Below are positions 39,764-52,706 of a stretch of 64,000 nt of DNA, piece by piece (positions within the stretch are counted from its first letter, which is position 1; each line of letters starts with the position of its first letter). The notes under the pieces are model-generated. The model was not told the DNA's origin. It saw only the letters and a list, made by a program, of their open reading frames with translations, and did no database searches. A program made the translations under genes and the position numbers. The DNA is from Isurus oxyrinchus (taxonomy: Eukaryota). The stretch is taken from contig JANJGN010000301.1 in NCBI GenBank assembly GCA_026770705.1, forward strand, positions 248,001-312,000, read 5' to 3'.

Positions 39764-40697
39764 GAGTTTTCACTTTATCAGCGTTCATTCCCCCACAGCT
39801 CTGGGTTGTCAGGGTCCACATTACTTGCAAGAAAATATTTCACAATCGAAGCAAGTATTTCTGTTATTTAGTGAATTCCCATGCAAGCAATTTTTTGTCA
39901 TGTATATTCACGTCAAGTTTAATGAGTAAACGATTAGACCAACCATGTACCTATGTCTGACCCATTGGAAATCAATGAAGTCATTGTATTCAAGCAAACC
40001 CACTCGCTCCTCCTCCAGCACCACAGTGACTGGGACAGGGAAAAGCAGAAAAGCAGCAATATTCTGGCCCCACACTCTCCAATCACCTGCTGCCAGCAGA
40101 AGGCGGCGACTGCAGCTTCAATCAGCAGGTTACTGCCCATCCCTGGGACACAAGATATTCCAACCCGGGCTAAACCTCCCAATGCACCGAGCACAGGTTC
40201 AGGGAAACACAGGTGGATTATATCCCAGTCACTAAACCCCCGAGCATCATTAACAGAATACCCGAGTGAGTGAGTCACAAATAAAAATGACAACTTTCAA
40301 AATATTTTCACTACAAAACTCTTTCCTTTGATTTAAAAGCTGACTGTGGTGGATCTGGAAATGTGAACCAAGTGATTTGTGTTACGGACTGACTGGTTTT
40401 CCATTGTTTGTCCTTCAGGTTTGCAATTCAACTTGTGTTGGAGCTTGAAGCGAATCTGATTTCAAAATGTGGCCACAATGCAGGTAAGTATTAAATCCAG
40501 GAACAAATCCTGAGGAAAATGGATCACAATGTTTGAAAGGAGGTGCAGCTGAGAAGCAGACGCTGTGAATGATGTTATTGATGATTGATGGGAAAGCATT
40601 GGACCCTTGGGCTTCTGGTGGTCAATTCCCTTCTCTCCCATTGCATTCAGACAGTTATCTCACTGTGACCAGGGATATGGACATGTCATCACTACAT

Positions 40698-40753
40698 GTC
40701 CCGCTAGCTCAATTGGTGGAGTTTGAGACCTTGAAACATCCTCGATTTGAGCC
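40698..40753 (+). pseudogene. tRNA-Lys(CTT)-like 5' remnant
   Basis: GTCCCGCTAGCTCAATTGGTGGAGTTTGAGAC versus GCCCGGCTAGCTCAGTCGGTAGAGCATGAGAC. Confidence 0.55.
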
Positions 40754-41079
40754 ATTCCTCCAAGATATCACGGGGCTCAAAGTAAATCATTCTCCAGCAC
40801 GCTATTATTCACATCACAGTTGCTGGTTTATGAGTTAAAACAGTCCCCAGCTACACCGGAAGCACGGCAGGTATGTGGCCTAGTGTACAATGAATAATGG
40901 TATTCAAAGTGGCAATTTCCAGTCAAACCACTGTACCAGCAACACTGCTCAGAGTCAAAGGGTTAGAATGGACACTTACTGAGGAACTGAGAGAAGTGGG
41001 TGCAGTTCAAACACAATCCAGATGAGAAAGTTCAGATTTATATGATTAGGGGAGAGTATTGGAGAACTCCTGCTGAACC

Positions 41080-42720
41080 TTATTCACATCAAAATGAGTG
41101 AGGAGGAAATATTGGATAGGATGGGTCTGTTTTCTTTGAACAGGGAAAGCAAAGGAGATTTAACTGAGGAATATAAAATTATAAGGATCGAGATGGAGAA
41201 ATAGGAAGGACCTATTTCTGTGAGCAGATTGATCAATAACCAGGGACATGAATTGAGAAAGAAACAAATCCTCATATTTACAAAGTGCCTTTCACCACCA
41301 CCGGAATCTCAAAGGGTTTTAAAGGCAATTATGTACTTTTGAATTATATTCGCTGTTGCAATGTAGGAAATGGCACAAACCCCTACCAACCGCAGCGCGT
41401 TAATGACCAGATAATCTGTTCTTGTGGTGTTGATTGAGAGATAAATGTTGGACAAGACATGGGACCCGGTTACAGAGTCATAGAGTCATAGAGGTCTACA
41501 GTACAGAAGAAGGCCCTTCGGCCCATCGAGTCCGCACCAGCCAAACAAGTACATAACTATTCTAATCCAATTTTCCAGCACGAGGACCGTCGCCTTGTAT
41601 GCCTTGGCATCTCAAGTGCACATTCAAATACTTCTTAACTGTTATGAGGGTTTCTGCCCCTACCGCCCTTTCAGGCAGGGGGTTCCAGGTTCCCACAGCA
41701 TTCTGGGTGAAAAAATTCTTCTTCACATCCCCTCTAAACATTCTGCCCTTACCATAAATCTATGCTCCCTTGTTATTGATCCCTCAACCAAGGTTCCTTC
41801 CTGTATATCATCAGCATCTGAATGTGGAATGAAGAAGGTTTGTCTGTTCTGTCTGTGGAAAAGCACCAAGATGCACAAACCCTGGTTAGACCACACCTAG
41901 ATAATATGTTCACTTTTGTGCAACAAACCTTAGGAAGGATAGAATGGTCATGGTGAGAGTGTAGCACAGATTTACCTGAGTGATACCTGAACTCGATGGG
42001 TTTAATTACAAAATGAGATGCCAGGGAAGACCCATTGTGGCACAGAGGAGGCCATTTGGCCCATTAAGCCCATGCCAGCTCTCCAGAGCAATCCAGTGAG
42101 ACCTATTCCTCTGCTCGCCATCCCTGTATCTTTGCAAGTTTATTTCCCTCAAGTGCCTATTCTCCCTCACATCCCCCTGCATCTCTAACCCAAAAACTTA
42201 AACCTGTGCCCCCTAGTCCTTGTACAATCAACTGATGGGAATAGATTTTCTTTGTCAATTTTATCTAAAGCTTATCTATCAATCTGCCCTCAGCTCTTTG
42301 CTAGAACCTTTCGGTTAAATCTCCTCTGCAGCTTCTCAAGGACCTTTGCATCTTTCCTGAAGTGTGGTGATCAGAACTGGACACAAATACTTGGGTTGTG
42401 GCCTAACCAGAGCCTAACAAAGATTAGGCATAACTTCCTTGCTTTTGTACTCAGTAGCTCTATTTAAGAAGCCCAAGATTACAAATCCCTTACTAACTGC
42501 TCTCCTAATCTATCCTGTCACCCTTAAAAAATCTCTGCACATAAAGGGCCAGATCCCTCTGACTCTGTACACAGTTTTGACCTGTGCCATTAGGCTGCTA
42601 TTGTCTTTCTCTCTCTACCCTTCCTGTCAAAATCCACCACCTCGCTGTGAAAGTTGTAATCCCTGAAATTTAGAAGATTAGCAGGTGATTTGGTTCAAGT
42701 TTTCGGTATATTAATTGGAG
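41080..42720. mobile_element. Nested short CR1 3' fragments, both orientations
   Basis: Multiple CR1 3'-end motifs, for example AGAGTCATAGAGTCATAG..GGCCCTTCGGCCCATCGAGT in antisense. Confidence 0.7.
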
Positions 42721-42849
42721 CTGACAGGGAAGACAGAGGAACTATTTCCACTGGTTGGGGAATCTAGGATCAGTGAGCGGAGTCCAAACATAGACTCAGG
42801 TTCCAGCACCTTTTCAGGTAGAGTTCCAGATCCTGACAACTCTCTGTTG

Positions 42850-43170
42850 GTGCAGAAAGTGCTGAACTCGATGTTGAGTTCTGAAGGTTGTAAAGTGCAG
42901 AATTGAAGAATGAGCTGCTGTTCCTTGAGCTCCCATTGAGCTTCATTGGAACAGTTCAAGAGGCTGAGGACAGAGAGGGTCAGAGTGGGAGTGGGGTGGA
43001 GAATTAAAATGACAAGTGACCGGAAGTTCAGGGTCAAGCTGACAGACTGAACAGAGGTTGTTCCACAGAGTGACCACCTAATTTGTTTTTCATCTTCTCA
43101 GTGTAGAGCAGACCAGATCGTCAGCAGTTAATACAGTAACTCAGCTGCAAGAAGTACAAGTAAATCACTG
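42850..43170 (-). mobile_element. Penelope-like fragment
   Basis: EAQWELKEQQLILQFCTLQPSELNIEF; homologous to 34190-34510. Confidence 0.65.
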
Positions 43171-43307
43171 TTTGTTTCATCACACAAAACCTCAAACATA
43201 ACCTGAAGTAATATAATTCATTTGGTGACGAAAGGATACAAGGTAAAGCAAACCGACAGCCAGAATATTAAATTTCACCCGATTAAGATTAAATATTATT
43301 CAGAAGT

Positions 43308-44240
43308 AGGATTCGTAGGTTTGTGGATAACACAAAGATCGACCAGGTGGTTAACAGTGTGGTTGAGTGTCTTGGGCTACAGGAAGATATAGGTGGGATG
43401 GTCAAATGGGCAGATAAGTGGGAGATGGAATTTAACCCTGAAAAGTATGAGGTGATACACTTTGGAAGGAGTAATTTGACAAGGAAGTATTCAATGAACG
43501 GCATGACACTAGGAAGTTCTGAGGAACAAAGGAACCTTGGCATGTGTATCCATAGATTTCTGAAGGCGGAGGGGCATGTTAGTGGGGTGGTGCAAAAGGC
43601 ATATGGGACACTTGCCTTTATCAATCGATGCATAGATTACAAAATTAGGGAGGTCATGTTGGAGTTGTGTAGAACCTCGGTGAGGCCACAGCTGGAGTAC
43701 TGTGTGCAGTTCTGGTCGCCACATTATAGGAAGGATGTGATTGCACTGGAGGGGTGCAGACGAGATTCACCAGGATGTTGCCTGGGATGAAACATTTAAG
43801 TTATGAAGAGTGGTTAAATAGACTTGGGTTATTTTCATTGGAGAAGAGAAGACTGAGGGGCGACCTGATTGAGGTGTACAAGATTACGCGGGGCATGGAC
43901 AGGGTGGATAGGGAGAAGCTGTTCCCCCGGTTGAAAGGTCAGTCATGAGGGGATACAAATTCAAGGTGAGGGGCAGGAGGTTTAAGAGGGATGAGAGGAA
44001 AAACCTTTTTACCCAGAGGGTGGTGATGGTCTGGAATGCACTGCCTGGGAAGATAGTGGAGGCGGGATGCCTCATATCCTTTAAAAAGTACCTGGATGAG
44101 CACTTGGCACGTCACAACATTCAAGGCGATGGGCCAAGTGCTGGTAAATGGAATTAGGTAGGTAGGTAGGTCACGTGTTTCTCACTTGTGCAGACTCAAT
44201 GGGCCGAAGGGCTTCTTCTGCATTGTGTGATTCTGTGATC
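43308..44240 (+). mobile_element. CR1 LINE 3' fragment, same subfamily as 35490-37100
   Basis: Near-identical to about 36170-37100. Confidence 0.95.
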
Positions 44241-44329
44241 AGCAGAAATAAACCTCAGTGTCACAGTCAGTGTTCACTCCTCGATGTGATTAACAGCAGC
44301 AATAACAGCAGAATCCAACCCCAGTTGTC

Positions 44330-44760
44330 ACTTGTCAACTCATCAGTCTGTCTGCAGGTTGGATTAACGAGTGAAACTCTTTTCACACACAGAGCAGGTG
44401 AACAGCACCTCCTCAGTGTGAACTCACTGGTGTTTCAGGAGATCCCTTCTGCTTTTCAATCTCTTCTTGCAGTCAGAACATTTAAACAGTCTCTTGTAAG
44501 TGTGCAGTCCCTGGTGTGACTGAAAGTGTGACATAAATCATTTCCTACATTCAGTGCAGGAGAACAGCCTCTACCCTGTGTGACTGGCATTGAGTTTCCA
44601 GATCTGACAGATCATTGAATTGCCTTCAAGATCCCCACATTGACACAGTTTCTCCCCAGTGTGATTGCACTTGTGTTTTAACAAGAGAGATGATCAGTGA
44701 AGCCTTGACTACACAGAAAACATGTGCATGGTTTCTCTCTGCTGTAAATGGTGCTGTTTG
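44330..44760 (-). pseudogene. C2H2 zinc-finger pseudogene remnant
   Basis: Minus strand reads HQ*VHTEEVLFTCSVCEKSFT, with further decayed fingers. Confidence 0.65.
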
Positions 44761-45074
44761 TGGGGCTGAAGCGAGTCACAGTCCCTGTGACCAGGAGAGA
44801 AAATGATTGACTCATTTATTTTATTCTCACTCTGCTGGAGAACTGATCCCAGGCAGAGGAGAGGGAGGGAGAAAACTGGGATTGGAGGAAAGAAATGCTG
44901 GAGATGGTGAAATGGGTTTGGATTTCAGCCCAGGGAGGAGGGAGAGTGTGTGGGACGGGGATTTACAGCTTTGGGGCAACTAGAGAGGAAAAAATATTCC
45001 ATAGAAACTAGAATTGTCTGCTCTGAATTTCTGTCCTGGATTGACAAGGTTGACTTTGTAAACTCCTTTTCCAG

Positions 45075-46184
45075 GACATAAGACAGGGAAAATTTACATT
45101 CATGAAACTCAAATCAAACATCACGTCAAGATCTGACGGTCACTTGATTCATCAGGACCTGAATATCATCAGCCTTTGAATGCAGCACAAGAAATTTTTG
45201 CCTCTAGGAAATGATTTCAAACATCAGTGTGGCTGGAAAAGCAACGAGACACACACACACCCAAGTGAGAGTGATCCAGTGAACTGACTGGAAAGAGCTT
45301 TAACCAGTTACAGAGCCTGAAAAATATCACATCATTCTCAGCGGAGAGAAAAGTTCCCCTTTTTCTGTGTGTGGACGAGGCTTCAACTGATCATCCAACT
45401 TGGAGAAGCACAAGGACACCCACACCACGTAGAAAGCATGGAAATGTGGGGACTGTGGGAAGGGATTCAATTATCCATCCAAGCTGGAAACTGATCACTG
45501 CAGTCACACCGGGGAGAGACCGTTCATCTGTTCTGATTGCGGGAAAGGATTCACTCAGTTATCTACCTTGTTAACACACCAGCGAGTTCACACTGGGGAG
45601 AGACCATTCACCTGCTCCATGTGTGGGAAGGACTTTACTAAATCATCTACCCTGACTAAACACAAGCGAGTTCACACTGGGGAGAGACCATTCAGTTGCT
45701 CTTACTGTGGGAAGAGATTTGGACTGTCATCCAATCTCACTGAACATCTCCGTGTTCACACTGGGGAGAGACCGTTCACCTGCCCCGTGTGTGGGAAGGG
45801 ATTCACTTGTTTAACCAACCTCACATCACACCAACTTGTTCACACTGTTCAGAGACCTTTTCAATGTTCTGACTGTGATTCTGGCTTTAAAAGCACAAGG
45901 GATCTGCTGATACACCAACGCAGTCACACTGGGGAGAGGCCGTTCATCTGCTCCGAGTGTGGTAAGGCATTCACTCACGCATCCAACCTGCTGGCACACC
46001 AGGCAGTCCACACCGGGGAGAGGCCATTCACCTACTACAGGTGTGGGAAGAGATTTCGTCGCTCATCCAATGTTCAGAGTCACCACCGAGTTCACATGGG
46101 GAGGATCCGTTCAGCTGTTCTGTTTGTGGGAAGGGATTCACTCACTCATCCACCCTGCTGAGACACCGGCGAGTCCACAAGTGA
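45075..46184 (+). pseudogene. Krueppel-type C2H2 zinc-finger gene, frameshifted
   Basis: ORF 45568-46161 has tandem HTGERPF.C..C fingers; upstream fingers and the last finger are in other frames; acceptor TTTTCCAG at 45074. Confidence 0.85.
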
Positions 46185-47229
46185 CTCCAGGGGTTGGATT
46201 CTGCTGTTAATGACGTCCAGAAATGAACCATGTTCATTCTGATAGTTGGGCTTTGTTTCTGCTGATGTTAATCACCCCATATAATGGTGAGCATTTAATA
46301 TTGTGAATAGTGTCATTATTAAAAACATTCAGTGTGTTATGCCCTTGATCTCTCTAACAATGTCTATAGTCCTACAGCATCTCTCCCACCTTCGATGTGT
46401 GAATAGACCATCACACCTACAAACTTGGTTTAAATGTAAACCTGAATCCACTCAGCAAATTGATTTAACAAAAAGTGAGGAGTAAACAGACCACGTCAAA
46501 TAATTGGCAAAAAGCCTGAGGGAAGATGAGGAAAGACGTTTTACTGAGTGAGTTATGATCTGGAACACACTCCCTGAAAGGTGGAAGTAGATTCAATTGT
46601 AACTTCCCAAAGTGAATTGAATCTCTACTTGAAAGGTACATTCTGCAGACCTCTGGGAGAGGGCAGGGGAGTGTGACTAATCAGTTTAATCAGTCTGACA
46701 GTTTAATACAGGAGCTGGATGATTTACTGTTGCTGAATCTGGGCATTGAGAGTCATGTGAGATTTCTGAGAGAATTGTAACAAGGATTGGCCAGGGAAGG
46801 TTCAAGATTCATCTCAATAAATCGGTGCAGGAGAAGGTAAGTGTTTCAGGAATGAATATGAGTTATGTGCGGGTTAACATTGATAACATTTAAAAAAATC
46901 TGGACAGGAGTTGCCCCCACCAACTACTATGAAGGTGGTCTGGTCATTCTCGGGATTGATGGTGTTTTTGTCAAGGGTTTTGCCCCATTAAGGGTTCCCC
47001 TCTTTGCTTTGTTGAGAAGGATTGCTGAGTGGGAATGGACACCAGCCTGGACAGAGTTGGTCAAACTGTTAAACGAAGCTTCACAGAAAGTACCTGTCCC
47101 AGTCCCAGTTCAGACCACAACATGCTGATTGGGATCACTGTGAAATTACCTGGCCCATTATTGGCCTGAATGGGTTTATAAAACCAGGACAGATCAACTT
47201 ACAAATGCACAATAAGCAGAAAACAGGAC

Positions 47230-48030
47230 TCATGGAGTCACCGAGTGATTCCAGGTCAGGGGTCTACACCAGCTCTCTGTCGAGGAATCCAGTTAGTCCC
47301 ATTCCCCCACTCTAACCCTGTTGCTCTGCAAGTTTATTTCCCTTGAGTGTACATCCAGTTTCTGTTTGAAATAATTCATCTCCACTTCCAGCACTCCCAT
47401 TGGCAGCGAGTTCCAGGACAATGCCACTCACTGTGTAAACGTGTTCACCCTCACATCCGCCATGCAGAGTACATGCAGAGCCATCCTGACCCAGGAAGCA
47501 GACAATAAGAAATAGGAGAAGGAGTAGGCCATTTGACCCATTGAGCCTGCTCCACCATTCAGTAAGATCATGGCTGATCTGACTGTACCCTTAACACCAC
47601 TTTCTTGTTTCTCCCCCATAAACCTTGACTCTCTTGTGGATCAAAAATCTCTTCAACTCCGCCTTGACTTTATTCAATGACCCAGCCACCACAATTCACT
47701 GGGGAAGAGAATTCCAAAGACTGACAAACCCTCTGAGAGAAGAAATACCTCTCATCTCAGTCTTAAATGGGAGGCCCCTTAAGTGTTAAATACGCCCTAT
47801 CTCTAGGTTCTCCCACAAGAGGAAACATCCTCTCAGTATCTACACTGTAAAGCCCCTTCATAATCTTACATGCTTCAGTAAGATCACTTCTCATTGTCAA
47901 ATCCCAATGAGTATAGACCCAACCTGCTCAACCTTTCCTCTTAAGACAAACCCCTTTATACCAGGAATTAGACTACCGAACTTTCTCTGAACTGCCTCCA
48001 ATGCAAATATGTCCCTCCTTAACCTGAATC
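47230..48030 (-). mobile_element. CR1 3' fragments, antisense
   Basis: ATAAGAAATAGGAGAAGGAGTAGGCCATT.. antisense CR1 tail and ORF2 end. Confidence 0.75.
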
Positions 48031-48754
48031 AGTAACCAACTAACACAATGAGTTTTAGGATCCTGGTCAAAGACAGGATTGGTATGAATCTGAGAGAATG
48101 GGGAGAGATATGGTAGAGGGTAGATAAGAATGAGTTTTCTACAGCTACTGTAGTTCCGTGCTCTCACAAGCTGCAAAAGTAAAATTAAGACTTCGTTTGG
48201 ACAATGATGAAGGTAAAAAGGAGTAGATTCCAGTTTGATGGCTCTTGCATGTTTTGGGGTTATTAATAAGAAATAACTGTTAACATTCCTGCCCCTGAGT
48301 CAGAAACACCACTGTGGACACTCCTGCTGAGTGGAGATGACTCCAGTTCATTCTGGGTTGCTATCAGGCAGGATAGGTGTGTCCAGCGGGTCTGGCTGTC
48401 CACTCCAATTGTGTGAGTTGTGGGAACTCATCAAACTCTCCCAGTTGAAGCCGGACCAACAGATCGGCTGGAATTAAATGGTTCCAGTCATGGAAGGAGC
48501 ATTAAACAACCTGTGAATTCTTCCACTAATTCACACTGTTCTCCAAGGGATGAGTTCAAAGAGAAATAATCGCTACACTGTGTAATTTCCTGAAATAATC
48601 CCTGCTGTCTGTCCTGAATGAATCCATTTCACAAACAAATGTTGAAATGTTTGCTCCACACCCACAGGGTTTCATCTGGTTAAAGTCACAAACAGAAAGG
48701 TCCAGTTTTCTCCTGGAGTTTGAGACAAATCAGCTTCCAAAATGATGCAGAGCT

Positions 48755-49090
48755 TTAGCCAATGAGAGAGATTCGGGCTCAGCCCCGCCCCCTCTTCCTA
48801 TTGGTACGGAGCTGCTGTCAATCACCCTTCGGGCAGTGTGATCTGGAGCATGCGTAGTGCGGGTGATGTCCAGGGACAGACGCTTGTTTGTCTCATCTTC
48901 AGGCGGGAAGGAGGCGGATAAGCGGATGCAGCGTTAGGGGCAGTGGGTGGGAGCGGAGGCTTCACCAACACCCAGTGGAGGCCTCAACACCCCCAATAAG
49001 AAAGTACCGAGCTCGCCTTTGCACCGAACGGAACGGCAGCTGCCGGCTTTCTCCCGGTGCCAGGCCCGAGTGGCCAAATGTGCGTTAATG
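48755..49090 (+). promoter_or_regulatory. CpG-rich promoter-like region, probably of a zinc-finger gene
   Basis: AGCCAATG, CCCCGCCCCC, ATTGG and GCATGCG motifs with locally high CpG. Confidence 0.55.
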
Positions 49091-49225
49091 AAGGAAATGC
49101 AGCAATGGGTTTGTTAATGAGAAATCATCTTTAACTCACTCTACTGATCCTGGAGCAGGAGGAGAGAATGGTGTGAATTCCTATCCTGGACTGACAGGGA
49201 TGGATTTTGGAAACACCTTTTACAG

Positions 49226-49332
49226 AGGGTGAGGAGGGGAGGATTTACAGACAGGAAAGTCAAACCAAGCATCACATTCAGAGCAGACCCGATTCATCAG
49301 GGCCTGGATCTTATCGGCCTTTGAGTGTAAAC
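49226..49332 (+). pseudogene. 5' remnant of another zinc-finger coding exon, cut by a CR1 insertion
   Basis: Paralogous to 45075-45185 and 52600-52710 (AAACCAA.CATCAC..GATTCATCAGG.CCTG.AT.T.ATC.GCCTTTGA); antisense CR1 follows at about 49335-49660. Confidence 0.55.
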
Positions 49333-50389
49333 ATTGAGTTCCAGGTCATTACCACTCACTGTATAAAAAAAAGTTATTCCTCACATTCCTTCTTTATCTC
49401 TTCGCAAAATCGTAAATCCGTGTCCATAATTTTTTACGATCAAATAATGGGAAAAGCTTTTCTTTATCTACCTTATCTAAACCTATTATTAACTTGTACA
49501 CCTCTATCAAATCTCCCCTCAATCTACTTTGCTCCAAGGAGAACAACCCCAGTTTCTCCAACCTAACATTGCAACTAAAATCCCTCATCCCTGGAACTAT
49601 TCTGATAAATCTCTGCCCCCTCCCAAAGGCTCTCACATCCTTCATAATGTGTGGTGATCACTGGTTTGCACAGACCCAGATGTTCTGTGTTCGTGTCTGT
49701 GATGTCATCACGCACTGACAATTGGTCAGTGACATCACCCCGCTCCCCGGGTATTTCCTCAACTGGGAGATTTTTCTCTGCCTCCAGTGCTTCTGATATC
49801 TTTCTAGCTGCAGGCTCCAGCAGGAGATTTTAATGTTGAAAACTGAAATTGTTTCAGATGTGAGTATTTTTGACTATTGCTTTGGGGCTGGTCTGATTCC
49901 TCTGCTGTGGATCTGAATCCATGTCCATCCATTGCTCTGTTTCAACTCTCTCTTCCCTGATCACCTCTCTGCCATTGTCTAACTTCCTCTGTCTCTAATA
50001 ATGAATGTATTTCAGTTATGTTTAGCATTTTACTGTTCCTTCTGCCGATCATGTCTAAATGAGGTTTCCACTGCTGCCCATCCCCTGAACATGTGCTGCA
50101 GGCTTACCAGCCCTTTCACTTTTGAACTTATATTGATCATCAAATTCTGCACCATTTTTAATGCCTGTAATTCATTCTACTGACATGACTCATTAACTCT
50201 GTTTCCCTCTCCACCAATATCAGAATATATTGCCAGTCACCTGTTGCTAGTGGAGAAGATGATGTTTGAGCTTCTTGAACCACTGCAGTCCGTGTGGTGA
50301 AGGTGCTCCTACAATGCTGTTAGGTAAGGAATTACAGATTATTCACCCAGTGATGATGCAGGAAAGGTGTATGTCCAAATCAACGGGAA

Positions 50390-51840
50390 CAATTTGTGTT
50401 TATCTGGCGCCTTTAACAAGGCATTTCACAAAAATTTTACAAAGCAACATTTAATATTGAGCCACACAATGAGATATTCGGATATAGATTTGGTGAAAGA
50501 GGTTGGTTTAAGGTGTGTCTTAAAAGAGGAAAGCAAGTTAGAGAGATTTGGGAGCAATTTCCAAGCTTGAGCCACCAATGGTGGAGCAAATAAAATCAGG
50601 AATGCTAAAGAGGGTGGAATTAGATGAGTGCAGATATTTTGGAGGGTTGTGTGGCTGGAGGAGATTACAGAGAAAGGGATGATTGTAACCATGGAGGAAA
50701 ACAGGGCTGAGAATTTTAAAATGTTGCTGCCTCTGAATTGGGAGCCTTTGTAGATCAGTGATCACAGGGGTGCTGGGTGAACAAGACTTGGTCCGAGTAA
50801 GCACAAGAGTTTTGGATGGTGGAGGTTAAATCTGGAAGGATGGCTGGGAGTGCATTCGGGTTGTTAAGTCCAGAGGTGATAAAGGATTGGATGATGGTTT
50901 CAGCAGTAGATGAGTTGAGACTGGGATGCAGTCAAGCGATGTTACTGAGGTGGAAATAGGCAGTCTTGGTGATGATGCGGATATGTGAATGGAAACCCAT
51001 CTTGGGGTGAAATATTTTGCCATGATTGCTTTTCATTCAGCCTCAGACAGTTCCCAGGGAGAGGGATGGAGTCAGTGAAAAGGGAGTGGAGTTTGTAACA
51101 GGGACTGAAGACAATGGTTTCAGTCTTCCCAGTATTTACTGAGGAAAGCTTATTTACTGATCGATGCTTATTGAGGAAAGGGGTGATATGGCAGATTTAG
51201 AGGAGAGAGGAACAACATCTGGAGAGATCTGTTAACAATATCTGTTAACATGGGGACCAAGAGATGAAGTTGAATAGTTAACAGTTTAGTTGACATTAAT
51301 ATTGAGAAAGCAAGAGCTGGGTGTCATGGACAAGATAAGTTCGGAGAAGGAGTTAGGAGAGAAACGAGAGAAAGATGTTCGGGGCTGGGGCAGGGGGAAG
51401 CTTCAGAGGAAATTTGGCCAGTTGGGCTAGTGGAAGGGAAGGAAGCAGCAGAGGCAGCTGAATGGATGATGTTGATTTTAGTGACAAAAGTCTGTGAGCT
51501 CCTATCTCTTATTGTTGGAAGTGAGGGTGGAGGAGACCGTGGAAGAAGGGTTAAGAAAGATGATTTGCATTAGAGAAAAAGCCTGGGGTTATATTTGTAT
51601 TTGAGAATGATCCTAGACTAGAGAGCTTTATAGGTGAGAAGAGAACCCTATAGTGAGTTATGTGCTTCAGCAAGATCTGGGGGTGGATGCTTAGACCAAT
51701 TGTCCGCTGTATCTTTTCAAGTCTGCATCCCTTGGACTTAAGGGAGCGGAGATGAGGGCTGTACTAGGGGCTGCAGCCAGAGAGAGAGAGAGTAAAGGCT
51801 TTACTGGGAACTAGAGCGTCAAGGGTGGTGGTGAGGATAT
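50390..51840 (-). mobile_element. L2-like LINE fragment, decayed
   Basis: LTRTKSCSPSTPVITDLQRLPIQR..FKIL and SSFKTHLKPTSF resemble the L2 ORF2 C-terminus. Confidence 0.6.
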
Positions 51841-52706
51841 GGGTCACAGTGTAAAAATAAGGGGTCACTCATTTAACACAGAGATGATGAGTTTTTTTTA
51901 TCTCAGAGATTAATGAGCCTTTGCAATTCCCTTCCTCAAAAGGCAGTGGAAGCAGAGTCTTTGAATATTTTTAAGGGAGAGGTAGATAGATTCTTGCTAA
52001 ACAAGGGGGTGAAAGGTTATCAGGAGTAGGCGTGAGGTAACAGTCAGATCAGCCATGATCATATTGAATGACGGAGCAGCCTCCAGGGTCCAAGTGGCCT
52101 ACTCCTGCTCCTAATTTATATGTTCATATGTTAATTGGAGGAAATTTGCCTTCGTGTAGTGCTGGATGTCAGACAAGTTAGGACAATGTGGAGTCGGAGA
52201 GGAACTTGTAGGTGATGGCGTTCGTATATACCTGCTACTCTGGTGCTTCTAGAATGTGGAGGCTGAGAGTTCGGGAGATCCTGTCAAAGTTCTGGTCGAG
52301 TTGTAGAAATACAAAATCTCTCTCTCCGCACTTTGCCTATCCCACCTCTTTCTCTTGCTCTCCTCCCATGAAGGACAGAGTCTTGTGTAGCCCAGACCGG
52401 GTGGCAGGTTCCCTTCCCTGAAGGATATTAGTGAACCAGTTGTGTTTTTAACGACAATCCACCAACTTTCATGGTCACTTCTTCCTAGTGCTGGCCCCAC
52501 AAATGATCAGATTAATTCAACTCAGTTTCACAACCTGGCTTTGTGTGTTTTTTGTGGGTTCTCTCTCACTCCCTTTTTTCTATTTTAAATCAATTTCAGG
52601 GTATTAGAAGAGGAGGATTTGCAGTCAGGAAACAAACCAAACATCACATCAGGATCTGGCAAAGTTGTCCAATTAATTGTAACCTGAATATTACCGGATT
52701 TTGAGC

